Positions 28,647 to 38,555 of a DNA stretch of 64,000 bases are shown here, piece after piece. Numbering within the stretch: position 1 is the first letter of the stretch; every line of letters begins with the position of its first letter. A program made the position numbers and the translations under genes. Below the pieces are notes generated by a model. That model saw nothing but the letters and a program-made list of their open reading frames with translations. It was not told the DNA's origin and made no database searches. The stretch is from IMG/VR virus record IMGVR_UViG_3300028837_003734, positions 1 through 64,000 of that record; one strand, given 5' to 3'. This DNA is from a virus.

Positions 28647-28823
28647 GAGGCATAGGTAGTTCCTAAAAAATACATTGGCGTAAATTACTACCCGCCTTTA
28701 AAATCATAAGGCATAAGTGGTTCCTATAAACAATTCTGAACAATTGAAATTACCACTCGCCTTAATTAAAAAACATAGGGCATAGGCAGTTCCTATAATT
28801 CAGGTTTGATTTACTGCCCGCCC
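28647..28823 (+). ncRNA. Three tandem covarying hairpin RNAs
   Basis: GGC-ATA-[ggtag|agtgg|ggcag]-TTCCTA-loop-TTA-[ctacc|ccact|ctgcc]-C-GCC at 28647, 28708, 28778. Confidence 0.75.
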
Positions 28824-28839
28824 GAAAAAGGAGGTAAAA

Positions 28840-30834
28840 ATGTTAGCGACAATTCGGTTATTTAAGGCCTTGCCAATTAAAACAAAACAAAAAAAATCAC
28901 CCACTGAAGAATTATTGAAAGAAACTATTAAACGGGGGTTTATCTTTTCCCCGACAGTTATTAGTAACTATTCGGAAAGTCAATTACATGAATTCATAAA
29001 ATTAGTTGGAGAAATAGAAGGGATAACTAAAGAAGAGCTCAACGCCTCTTTTCATAAATCTTGGAAGAAGGTAAAGGAAGCAGACATAGAGCAGTTGGTT
29101 GTAGAGCAGGTTGCCCATTATCTCACGACTTATGGCAAAAAAGACCCCATAAGATATCTATTTCAAAAGGAACATTTGGAGAATTGGAAAGTACAAAATC
29201 TATCTGAAAAAATATTTAGCTTAAAGGATTTTGATACAAGTAAGATTTACGATAAAGATTACGTCTACATTCCTAAAGAAATATTGGAAATCCCTGAAAT
29301 AAATGTAGATGAAATAAAATTGGTAGTTATAAAAGGATATACCAAACATGAAATTAAAGATAAATTGATGAAACTGCTTAATTCTGGGATTGCCTTAAAA
29401 GAAGACACGATAAATGATGTTGTAGATGTGGCTTTGTTTGTAGATATAAATGAAAAAGAAATCGAGACTGTAAAAAATAAGGAAGTCAGGGTTATTTTAT
29501 ATGAATATCTGAATCTGATTCCCGAAAAACCTGTCGAATTCCTTCGGTATCTTGTTTATGTTGCAACAGATAAAACATTATTGATTAAAAACAAAGAATT
29601 AATAGATGAGATAAAGGAAAAGAAGAATATCAAGATTGTTAAACTTTTTAGAGATTATGATAAAAAATACGGATTAGAAAAATTAGCGGAAATATTTCTG
29701 AGATTCAAGCCCCTATTTTTGGGTTTTCGTACTAATAGAGAATTAAAAACAATTATTAATCGGATAAGGAAACTTGCCATCAAATATCATCGGCCAATGC
29801 CAGAAGACTTTTTAAATTGTGTAACAGCAAAAATCAAAAAGGGTGAGAAAATCGATAGGGATAAATTAGAAAGTGAATTAGAAAGGGTTAATGTTTGGAG
29901 AAAAGTAAGATTGGCTTATGCCTTAAAATTCAGGACGAAAGAAGACATCGACTCGATTTTATACAGAATACGGAATGGAAAAGCGTTCGCTGAAGACTTC
30001 TATTTTAAGAACAAAGAGATGGCAAAAAATATTTTAGATATTGTCTTAGATTCTACCATTAAAGACATTGGGAAAAATCTAAAAGGCAAGAAAATTTATA
30101 TCCCCGATTTTATGCATTATGCTTTACCTACCTCCTTAAAACAATTCACGGGTAACTTTCCCTCAGGGACGTATATCTCTGTTCCACAGGATATGATTGT
30201 TGGAATTCATTGGGGAAATGTTAAACATAATAGGATAGATTTAGACCTTTCTTTAATCTCTCCATCAGTTGGAAAGATTGGCTGGGATGCTAATTATAGG
30301 ACAAACGAAGGGAATATTTTATTTTCAGGTGATGTTACCGACGCGCGTGAACCTAAAGGGGCTACAGAATTATTTTATGTGGAAAGACAATCAAAAGATG
30401 AGTTCATCCTTTTCTTAAACTACTTTAATTATGATAGTGAAATAAAAGTCCCTTTTAAAATAATTGTTGCTAAAGAGAAGGTCAAAAATTTCAGAGAAAA
30501 TTATATGGTTAATCCCAATAACATTGTTTCAGTTGTCCAGTCTGAGATTAGTCAAAAACAAAAGATACTGGGATTATTGATTACTACAGTAAATAGAAGT
30601 AGATTCTATTTTGCCGAGACATCAATAGGCATGTCAATCACGTCACGTAATAATGAAGTTGCTGAAAATGCCAGAAAATATCTTATAAATTTCTATCAGA
30701 ATAGTATAGAACTCAAAGATATTTTATTGAAAGCTGGAGCTAAATTAGTTGACGATAAGGATAAGAGCGATATTGATTTATCTCCTGAAGTATTAGAAAA
30801 AGATACAATTTTGAATTTACTAATTGAAAAATAA
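28840..30834 (+). CDS. Large helical protein with C-terminal TerD-like domain
   Basis: GIHW.N...IDLDLS, FSGDVTDA..GATE motifs; helical N-terminal two-thirds. Confidence 0.6.
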   Translation: MLATIRLFKALPIKTKQKKSPTEELLKETIKRGFIFSPTVISNYSESQLHEFIKLVGEIEGITKEELNASFHKSWKKVKEADIEQLVVEQVAHYLTTYGKKDPIRYLFQKEHLENWKVQNLSEKIFSLKDFDTSKIYDKDYVYIPKEILEIPEINVDEIKLVVIKGYTKHEIKDKLMKLLNSGIALKEDTINDVVDVALFVDINEKEIETVKNKEVRVILYEYLNLIPEKPVEFLRYLVYVATDKTLLIKNKELIDEIKEKKNIKIVKLFRDYDKKYGLEKLAEIFLRFKPLFLGFRTNRELKTIINRIRKLAIKYHRPMPEDFLNCVTAKIKKGEKIDRDKLESELERVNVWRKVRLAYALKFRTKEDIDSILYRIRNGKAFAEDFYFKNKEMAKNILDIVLDSTIKDIGKNLKGKKIYIPDFMHYALPTSLKQFTGNFPSGTYISVPQDMIVGIHWGNVKHNRIDLDLSLISPSVGKIGWDANYRTNEGNILFSGDVTDAREPKGATELFYVERQSKDEFILFLNYFNYDSEIKVPFKIIVAKEKVKNFRENYMVNPNNIVSVVQSEISQKQKILGLLITTVNRSRFYFAETSIGMSITSRNNEVAENARKYLINFYQNSIELKDILLKAGAKLVDDKDKSDIDLSPEVLEKDTILNLLIEK

Positions 30835-30841
30835 ATATTTA

Positions 30842-31062
30842 CCTGCCCTGCGTGCATTGCGGTAACAATGCTGAAAGTGGAACTAAGGTTAACCGGCGAA
30901 AGGGCGTCGTCTTAGTCTGGGATAAGTTACTAAATGTCGGCCAGAGGCTAAGTCCCGACCGTCTTGCAAAGGTTAGTAGCTGGATATTGCCTTTGCGTAG
31001 CGACCCTAAAAATGCGTTGGCGGAAAAAAGTAACAAAGCAGGTTTAACCCTGTCAGGGCAGG
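30842..31062 (+). ncRNA. raiA-motif-like large structured RNA
   Basis: 9-bp closing stem cctgccctg/cagggcagg; ordered blocks TGAAAGT, CGGC..TAAGTCC..CCG, TTAGTAG, GTAGCGA as recalled for the raiA motif. Confidence 0.55.
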
Positions 31063-31151
31063 CGAAAAAGAAATAGAAAGAATAATTACAAATTTTCGTG
31101 ATGCCATATTAAACTATAATAATCAAAATTGGGAACGGAAAAAGGGGCTAG

Positions 31152-31418
31152 ATGATAATAATATTTAGGAGTCTGTCTATCGCTATACTTATTTGGATGC
31201 TAATATTTTTTCTACATGGCTTCTTTAGAGAGCTTTATAAGATTTTAAAAGAAAGATATGAAGATTGGGAAAATAAGAAAAGGATTTTACATGAAGTAGA
31301 CAAATTAATTAAAGAAGGTTTTTTTGAGCGGGAAAATAGAAAAAAAGGAAGTATGAGAATAACGGTAAAAGGAAATAAAATAGTTATAAAAGAAGAAAAA
31401 GGGGGAATAAGGGAATAA
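31152..31418 (+). CDS. Small membrane protein
   Basis: N-terminal TM segment. Confidence 0.5.
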   Translation: MIIIFRSLSIAILIWMLIFFLHGFFRELYKILKERYEDWENKKRILHEVDKLIKEGFFERENRKKGSMRITVKGNKIVIKEEKGGIRE

Positions 31419-31443
31419 CAATAACAATGGATTGATTCTGTTT

Positions 31444-31472
31444 TTGACAGAAATCAATTAGTTTGATAAAAT
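31444..31472 (+). promoter_or_regulatory. sigma70-type promoter for the modification cluster
   Basis: TTGACA-17 nt-TAAAAT with TG extension. Confidence 0.6.
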
Positions 31473-31596
31473 TCAATTAGACAATCGAATAAGATAAGGT
31501 CTAAAAGTTAGGTCAATGGCCTAGGCTCTTTAGGATTATTTAAGAATAATTTGAAAGGGTTTAGGTCATTTTTTATTTCTTAGGAGTAAACCATCA

Positions 31597-32292
31597 ATGG
31601 ACAATAGAAGGCATGTAGTTAATGTATCAGGGGGTAAAGATAGTGTAGCGATGTTGCTTAGAATGTTAGAGCTGGGCCAAAGAGTTGACGAGATCCTATT
31701 TATGGACTCTCAATTGGAATTATCAGATACCTACAAATATATAGATAAGTTAGAAAATCATATCGGAAGGAAGATAACCAGACTAAGGTCGGAAAAGAAT
31801 TTTTTTAGGCTTTTCTATACTCTAATTACTCGAGGCAAGATGGAAGGAAGAATCAGAGGTTTCCCCATGGTAAATTTCCCTTGCTGGTGGGAGCGGGACG
31901 GCAAGGGCAAGATAATGGACCGACATAATCGAGGGCAGATTGTCTATGTAGGATATGCAGCAGACGAGGAGAGGAGACTGAAAAGATTTTCTGATAAAGG
32001 TAAAAATATTGAATTTAGGTTCCCTTTGATCGAATGGGGATGGGAAGAGAAGGATTGTTTTAAATATCTAGAAAAGAAGGCCCTAGTTAATCCCATTTAC
32101 AGGCAGGGATATAAGAGAAATGGCTGCTGGTTATGCCCCAGGCAAAACAAAGAAGCTCTGAGATGCTTATATAATAATTATCCGAATTTATGGAGAATAT
32201 TAAGGACATTGGAAGAAGATAGCCCCTTGGGATTCGGGTTTCATTCTCCTCTGAATAAGCTTGAGGAGGAATGGAATAAGAAATATTTTTAA
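31597..32292 (+). CDS. PAPS reductase-family protein
   Basis: SGGKDS PP-loop, FPLIEW, RNGCWLCP. Confidence 0.85.
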   Translation: MDNRRHVVNVSGGKDSVAMLLRMLELGQRVDEILFMDSQLELSDTYKYIDKLENHIGRKITRLRSEKNFFRLFYTLITRGKMEGRIRGFPMVNFPCWWERDGKGKIMDRHNRGQIVYVGYAADEERRLKRFSDKGKNIEFRFPLIEWGWEEKDCFKYLEKKALVNPIYRQGYKRNGCWLCPRQNKEALRCLYNNYPNLWRILRTLEEDSPLGFGFHSPLNKLEEEWNKKYF

Positions 32293-32311
32293 AACTAGGG
32301 AGATATTTTGA

Positions 32312-33748
32312 ATGAAATATCCCGAAGATTTTATAAATAAAATAATATGTACTGATTGCCGGGAAGGCATGAGAGATATTCTGGATGGGAGTATTGATTT
32401 GATGGTAACGGATCCCCCTTATGGTTACGCATTCATGCAACGGAATTGGGATAAAGCTTTAGTAAATATGGGCACTTGGAGGGAATGTTTAAGGGTGTTA
32501 AAACCAGGAGCCTTTGCCTTTATTATGTGTGCTCCCAGACAAGACGTATTAAGCAGACAGATAATAAATCTAGAGGAAGCGGGATTTATAACTGGATTTA
32601 CAAGTCTATATTGGGCCTATGCCAGTGGTTTCCCGAAGGCAAGTAATATTGGGAAAATGGTAGATAAGAGATTGGGAGTAGAAAGAGAAAATGGAATTAA
32701 AGTACCTAGACACTATCCGGACCAACAGCATTGGGGGAAACCTACAAGTAGAAACATAATAGCACCATTTACTCCAGGCGGAAAATATGAAGGAGAAATT
32801 GAAATTGCTATGAAAGAAATAACAATTCCCGCTACTCCCCAAGCTAAAGTTCTAGATGGCTCTTACAGTGGATTCCAACCTAAACCTGCAGTAGAAGTTA
32901 TCCTTGTGGTGATGAAACCATTATCAGAGAAAACTTATATGGAGCAGGCCCTAAAGAATAGGAAAGGGATAACTTGGCTTGATAAGGGGAGGATACCTTA
33001 TAAGGGGAAAAATGATTTTATAATTTCCCACCATAATAAACAATTAAAAGAGAAGGATAAATCAACGGGAATGTTTGGAGCTACAAATGGATTCGGATTA
33101 CTCGAATCAAATATATCCCAAGGCCGTTTCCCTGCCAATCTTTTAGTAAGTGATGATGTATTAAATGATGGAAATAAACATTCATCAAAACATACTCGAT
33201 TACGAGAACGATTTAAACAGTATAGACAGAGAAGCAATATTTATATGGATACAAATAAGATGCTTAATTGGAAGAATATTTATTACGATTCTGGCTCATT
33301 TTCTCGTTATTTTGACCTCGATAAGTGGTGGGTAGAGAAGATCAAACAACTACCTGAATCAGTCCAAAAGACTTTTCCTTTTCTAATTGTGCCAAAGGCA
33401 AGCAAGACTGAGAAGAACAGAGGATGTGAGAAATTAGAGGAGAAAGCAAGGGCAAATATAAATAAAATGATGGGAGAAGCAGGGAATTTTAAAACTGGGA
33501 GTGGCAATGTAAGGACTGTTAAATTTAAAAACCACCATCCCACCGTGAAACCAATCAAACTAATGAGCTATTTAATTATTTTAGGCAGCCGTACAAATGA
33601 TATTATACTGGATCCCTTTGTAGGAAGCGGGACGACTTGTATTGCAGCTAAGATGCTAAACAGAAGATATATCGGATTTGATAATGACGGGGGATATGTC
33701 GAGATTGCACGGTCTAGAGTAAGAGCGATAGAAGCAGTTTTAATTTAA
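32312..33748 (+). CDS. DNA N4/N6 methyltransferase (beta class)
   Basis: TDPPY, HPTVKP, DPFVGSGTT. Confidence 0.9.
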   Translation: MKYPEDFINKIICTDCREGMRDILDGSIDLMVTDPPYGYAFMQRNWDKALVNMGTWRECLRVLKPGAFAFIMCAPRQDVLSRQIINLEEAGFITGFTSLYWAYASGFPKASNIGKMVDKRLGVERENGIKVPRHYPDQQHWGKPTSRNIIAPFTPGGKYEGEIEIAMKEITIPATPQAKVLDGSYSGFQPKPAVEVILVVMKPLSEKTYMEQALKNRKGITWLDKGRIPYKGKNDFIISHHNKQLKEKDKSTGMFGATNGFGLLESNISQGRFPANLLVSDDVLNDGNKHSSKHTRLRERFKQYRQRSNIYMDTNKMLNWKNIYYDSGSFSRYFDLDKWWVEKIKQLPESVQKTFPFLIVPKASKTEKNRGCEKLEEKARANINKMMGEAGNFKTGSGNVRTVKFKNHHPTVKPIKLMSYLIILGSRTNDIILDPFVGSGTTCIAAKMLNRRYIGFDNDGGYVEIARSRVRAIEAVLI

Positions 33749-33786
33749 ATGATATTCTTTGGGTATTTTTGAGGAAATTATAACCA

Positions 33787-34413
33787 ATGTCAAAAATAAT
33801 TCTTGATTTATGCGGTGGAACAGGGGCTTGGAGTAAAAAATATAAAGAGGCTGGATATATCGTGATAAATGTTACTTTACCTTTTTATGATGTTTTAAAG
33901 ACTGAGATAAAAGGCAAATATATAATCTTCAAAGGTGGGATCGAAAAACCGCTCAGGTTTAGGATTGATGATATCTATGGAATATTAGCCTCACCTGTTT
34001 GTACTATGTTTAGCCTGGCTAGGACAAGTGCTAAAACACCGAGAGATTTTAGGCAAGGTATGGAATTGGTAATAGCCTGCCTAAATATAATTTGGGAATG
34101 CCGTTATGATCATAAATTAGCTTTTTGGTGTTTAGAAAATCCGATGGGCTATTTAAGACAATTTTTAGGTAAGCCGGTATTTACTTTTGACCCTTGCGAC
34201 TTTGGGGATTCTTACACGAAAAAAACTGATTTATGGGGATACTTTAATATACCAAAAAAGAAGCCAGTAGAACCTATTTTTGTTACAGACAGTAAGAGTA
34301 GAAAGAGATATAGCCAAATACATTTTTCGGCCGGAAGTGGTCAAAAATCCAAAATGTTAAGAAGCATTACCCCATCGGGTTTTGCTCGAGCATTCTTTGA
34401 AACGAATAAATAA
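33787..34413 (+). CDS. Short C5-methyltransferase-like phage protein
   Basis: LDLCGGTG, ASPVCT, LENP, KKTDLWG, RSITP. Confidence 0.7.
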   Translation: MSKIILDLCGGTGAWSKKYKEAGYIVINVTLPFYDVLKTEIKGKYIIFKGGIEKPLRFRIDDIYGILASPVCTMFSLARTSAKTPRDFRQGMELVIACLNIIWECRYDHKLAFWCLENPMGYLRQFLGKPVFTFDPCDFGDSYTKKTDLWGYFNIPKKKPVEPIFVTDSKSRKRYSQIHFSAGSGQKSKMLRSITPSGFARAFFETNK

Positions 34414-34450
34414 ATGATGGCTCGGGATCTCGACTAAAGGAAGTTTATCA

Positions 34451-36064
34451 ATGATTAATACAATAATTTTAGGACACGCTTTAGATGTCTTACCACAATT
34501 ACCAGCAGAATCAGTCAGTTGTATCACTACCTCGCCACCTTATTGGGGTCTCCGGGATTATGGAATTGAGCCGGTAATATGGGATGGGGATAAAAACTGT
34601 AAGCATGACTTTGGCGAATATAACTCAAAATTGTTACATGAAAATAGGCAAAATTTAGATGGTGGCACGTTAGGCAATCCAAAATATAGAGAAAATCTGC
34701 ATGGTTTTGGTAATGCAAAAGCAGGATTTTGCTCTAAATGCGGAGCTTGGCGCGGTAGCCTTGGCCTTGAACCGACCTTTGAATTGTATGTAAAGCATTT
34801 ATGCAACATCTTTGACAGAGTAAAACGGGTATTAAGGAAAGACGGAACCTGCTGGGTAAATATAGGAGACAGCTATGGAGGCAGTGGGAATGCTTCAGGA
34901 CACAGAGAGGACACAAGAAATTTAGGCTATAAAACTTCAGAGATGGGAGCTACTAAGGGTAATCAAAAAACTACTAGACAATATGCTAAAAGTTTATTGG
35001 ATATCCCCTATCGCTTTTCAATAGAGATGATTAACCGGGGTTGGATCAAGAGGAATACAATTATCTGGTGGAAACCGAATTGTATGCCTGCAAGTGCAAA
35101 TGACCGGTTTACCATAGATTTTGAATATTTATTTTTCTTTACCAAAAACAATAAAGCTATATTCTGGACCAACGAAAAGACTTTAGAATGTGTAGATAAA
35201 AAACCACTGGGAATTAAGGGGGTAGAGGGAGAAGACTGGGAATGGAGACTAATCGGAGAAAATTATAATACTAAAATAAGCAGGGAGGATGCTGAAAGAT
35301 ATAATTCTCTTAAAGCAAGAAAATATAGAAAGAAAGAATGGAAAAAGGTTTCATTATGGAAAGGACATGATTATTGGTTTGAGCAGCAGTTTGATAAATA
35401 TGCACTTAGTACGTTACCTCGGATGAAAAGAGGAGTCAACGTTAATAAATGGACATTCGGGGCTGATGGACAGACCCCACATAATTTGAGCCAACCGAGA
35501 TTAAATAAGAAGAGGGGATACAAAACAAAGCAGCCGGAGAAGGAAATACAAGGACCGCAATATCATGGCAAAGATATCAGTTATGGCAAACAAGGCCGCA
35601 ATAAACGTTGTGTCTGGAAGATACCAACAAAAAGTTTTAAGGCAACCCATTTTGCAACTTTCCCCGAAACATTAATCGAACCGATTATTAAAGCAGGATG
35701 CCCTGAATTTGTCTGTAAGAAGTGTGGGAAGGCAAGGTTAAGGATATATAAGTTTACAGGAAAGTATGAAAAATGTGGGGGCAAAGATAGCATAACAGCA
35801 GAGAAAATACATAAAGCTAGTCCCACAAGCACATTATTGACCGGTAAGAGAAAAGTTAATGAAGAAATTGGTTACACTAACTGTGGCTGCGATGCAGGTT
35901 TTGAGGGCGGTATAGTTTTAGATCCCTTTATGGGGGCCGGGACTACCGCGTTGGTAGCCTTAAAACAGAGAAAAAGATTTATAGGGATTGAAATAAAGCG
36001 AGAATATATAGATATGACAAATAGGAGAATCAGAAAGGTTCAGCAAGAATTCAATTTAGGATGA
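34451..36064 (+). CDS. DNA N4/N6 methyltransferase with Zn-ribbon insertions
   Basis: TSPPYW, HFATFP, DPFMGAGTT; CSKC, CKKC, CGC. Confidence 0.9.
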   Translation: MINTIILGHALDVLPQLPAESVSCITTSPPYWGLRDYGIEPVIWDGDKNCKHDFGEYNSKLLHENRQNLDGGTLGNPKYRENLHGFGNAKAGFCSKCGAWRGSLGLEPTFELYVKHLCNIFDRVKRVLRKDGTCWVNIGDSYGGSGNASGHREDTRNLGYKTSEMGATKGNQKTTRQYAKSLLDIPYRFSIEMINRGWIKRNTIIWWKPNCMPASANDRFTIDFEYLFFFTKNNKAIFWTNEKTLECVDKKPLGIKGVEGEDWEWRLIGENYNTKISREDAERYNSLKARKYRKKEWKKVSLWKGHDYWFEQQFDKYALSTLPRMKRGVNVNKWTFGADGQTPHNLSQPRLNKKRGYKTKQPEKEIQGPQYHGKDISYGKQGRNKRCVWKIPTKSFKATHFATFPETLIEPIIKAGCPEFVCKKCGKARLRIYKFTGKYEKCGGKDSITAEKIHKASPTSTLLTGKRKVNEEIGYTNCGCDAGFEGGIVLDPFMGAGTTALVALKQRKRFIGIEIKREYIDMTNRRIRKVQQEFNLG

Positions 36065-37024
36065 TGCAAAAGGAGGTTGAAATCGAGTTAGAATTTATCG
36101 AATTATTTGCAGGGATAGGGGGTTTTAGATATGGACTTGAAAATTGTAGAAATGTTTTACAAAGCAAGACTGCCAAGAATATACAAAAAACTATGCCCTG
36201 CGTTGAGAAAGGGGAGGCAAGGTTTGCTTGTGTTTTTGCCAACGAATGGGATAAATACGCCTGCAAAATCTACCGAAAAAACTTTGGGGAAGGAGAATTA
36301 TATGAAGGAGACATTAGAAAAATCCCAGCCGGGTCTATTCCAAACCACGACCTTCTCACTGCGGGATTCCCTTGTTAGGCTTTTCTCAATTGCTGGAAAA
36401 CGAAAAGGATTCAACGATACTCGCGGAACTCTGTTCTTCGAAATATGCAGGATTGCGGAAATTAAGAAACCTCGTTTACTTCTGCTTGAAAACGTCAAAG
36501 GGCTACTTAATCACAAAAAGGGGGACACTTTTAGAATTATCCTCGATTCGCTTTCAGAATTGGGGTATGACTGTGAATGGGAGGTGTTTAACAGCAAGAA
36601 TTTCGGAGTCCCGCATAACAGGGAAAGGGTGTTCATTGTCGGACATCTTAGAGGAAGAAGCGGACAAAAAATATTTCCTATCGGAGGAATCAGAGAAGCT
36701 CCTCGTAAACAGGATGGGATTGACTTTAAGATAATACACAATATATATGGAGGCTTCGGGGAAAAAACGGTTAGAGAATTTAAAAAATATTCTCCAACAA
36801 TTAGGACATCCAAGGGCGGAGGACACCTGCCCATGATAGTGAAAGATAATAAAATACGAAAGATAACCCCGATAGAATGTGAAAGATTACAAGGCTTTCC
36901 TGATAACTGGACGAAAGGAATAAGTGATATTCAGAGATTAAAGTGTTTAGGGAATGCAGTTACAGTGAATGTGGTTGAAGAGATAGGAAAGAGAATTGCC
37001 AAAGTTCAGCAGGAGATATTTTAA
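36061..37024 (+). pseudogene. DNA cytosine-5 methyltransferase broken at the PCQ motif (TAG plus +1 frameshift)
   Basis: FAGIGG..GFPC then TAG; continues FSIAG..ENV..RER..ERLQGFP..GNAV in another frame. Confidence 0.8.
36302..36734 (+). CDS. Overprinted alternative-frame MTase small subunit (M.EcoHK31I beta-like), also frameshifted at about 36381
   Basis: WGMTVNG..SLSDILEE...KYFLS motif in an alternate frame inside the C5 MTase. Confidence 0.55.
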
Positions 37025-37858
37025 ATGAAGTATCCTGAAGATTTTATAAATAGAATAATATGTGGGGACCATTTAATAGCAATTAAAGATATTCTCAATG
37101 ATGTAATTGATTTAACAGTAACAAGTCCACCCTATGAGGAATTGAGAGACTATAGAGGGTTTATATTTGATCATAAAAAATTGATAAAAGAATTGTTTAG
37201 AATTACTAAGATAGGTGGGGTATTGGTTTGGGTGGTAGGAGACCAAACCATTGATGGTAGCGAATCAGGTAATTCTTTTCGGCAAGCTCTTTACGCTAAA
37301 GAGATTGGATTTAATTTACACGATACAATGATTTATGAGAAGAATAATTGCAGATACCCAGCAGGAAAAAGATCTGTAAGATATAGTAATTTTTTTGAAT
37401 ATATGTTTGTATTTTCAAAAGAAAAACCTAAAACAATAAATCTTATTAAAGATAGAAAAAATAGATGGGCAGGAACTAAAGGCTTTGGTTTACAAAGTTT
37501 TAGGCAGAAAAATGGGTCATTATTAAGGGAAAATCATAATGAAATTTCAAGAAGAAAGAGGACCGATTTTTATGGATGTAGGAGTAATATCTGGCGTATG
37601 AATACAGGATATGGATATAGCACAAAAGACAAAATAGCTTTTGAACATCCTGCAATATTTCCAGAACAGCTAGCACAAGACCATATAATCAGTTGGAGCG
37701 ATAAAAATGATATTGTTTTAGATCCGATGTGTGGAAGCGGAACAACTTGCAAGATGGCAAAAAAATTGGGTAGGAGATTTATTGGAATTGATATAGGTCC
37801 AGAATATTGTGAAATTGCAAGAAAAAGGGTTAATTCTATTCCAGAATCTTTATTTTAG
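37025..37858 (+). CDS. DNA N4/N6 methyltransferase
   Basis: TSPPY, HPAIFP, DPMCGSGTT. Confidence 0.9.
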   Translation: MKYPEDFINRIICGDHLIAIKDILNDVIDLTVTSPPYEELRDYRGFIFDHKKLIKELFRITKIGGVLVWVVGDQTIDGSESGNSFRQALYAKEIGFNLHDTMIYEKNNCRYPAGKRSVRYSNFFEYMFVFSKEKPKTINLIKDRKNRWAGTKGFGLQSFRQKNGSLLRENHNEISRRKRTDFYGCRSNIWRMNTGYGYSTKDKIAFEHPAIFPEQLAQDHIISWSDKNDIVLDPMCGSGTTCKMAKKLGRRFIGIDIGPEYCEIARKRVNSIPESLF

Positions 37859-37867
37859 AGGTTAGTT

Positions 37868-38059
37868 ATGGAAAAAATAAAAATAGAATTCATGGCGAGT
37901 CTTCCACCGATACAGTCGGCAATAAATATTGACGGCCAGGGAGATGGGGCGAGGATAAAGCTGGATATCCCGGCAAGCGAGATGGAACAGGTAATAGAAT
38001 TGCAAAAATTAACTAGGAAGTCCTTTAAAGTTATTATCGAGGAGATGTCAGATTATTGA
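37868..38059 (+). CDS. Hypothetical protein
   Basis: ORF with gagg RBS. Confidence 0.6.
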   Translation: MEKIKIEFMASLPPIQSAINIDGQGDGARIKLDIPASEMEQVIELQKLTRKSFKVIIEEMSDY

Positions 38060-38074
38060 GGTGAGATCTAGATA

Positions 38075-38494
38075 ATGCATGAATCAAATGAGATGGAAAT
38101 GGAAAAAAGAATATTAGAGGTATCGGGGATGCTCTTAAGTGGATTATCTACCAAAGAAATACTTCACTATGCTTCACAAAATTGGGGTGTTTCAGATAGG
38201 CAAATCAAAACATATATAAGGCGTTGCTATACCTTGTGGCGTCGAGATTTTCAGAAGAAGAGAAAAGCGGGTTTAGACTATCATTTGGCTAAACGAGAAG
38301 TCCTATATAATAAAAATTTTAAGAGGGGGGATTTTAACGCTTGTTTGGAAATTGCTAAGGATGAAGCGAGATTGGAAGGATTATACGTAGAACGAAAAGA
38401 AGTTGGGACTCCTGGCTCTTTTGCAGAATGGGTCAAAGCGGTAAAAGAGGAGAAGGAAAGGAGACGAAAGAAAAATTCTAGCTCAAATAGATGA
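38075..38494 (+). CDS. Terminase small subunit (putative)
   Basis: HTH-like N-terminus, ARLEGL motif; directly upstream of TerL. Confidence 0.65.
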   Translation: MHESNEMEMEKRILEVSGMLLSGLSTKEILHYASQNWGVSDRQIKTYIRRCYTLWRRDFQKKRKAGLDYHLAKREVLYNKNFKRGDFNACLEIAKDEARLEGLYVERKEVGTPGSFAEWVKAVKEEKERRRKKNSSSNR

Positions 38495-38555
38495 AAAAGA
38501 TATACATCTATACGATGAATATGATAATGACTGGAATAAGTTTGCCAGGGATGGT

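Noticed and set aside
30852-31076. 74-aa ORF and the opposite-strand 65-aa ORF
   Set aside because: Coincide with the end-paired structured RNA; no RBS.
36376-36378. TAG-to-Gln genetic code reassignment
   Set aside because: Many genes end cleanly at TAG (e.g. 1876, 8012, 11878, 58351), and a frameshift accompanies this codon.
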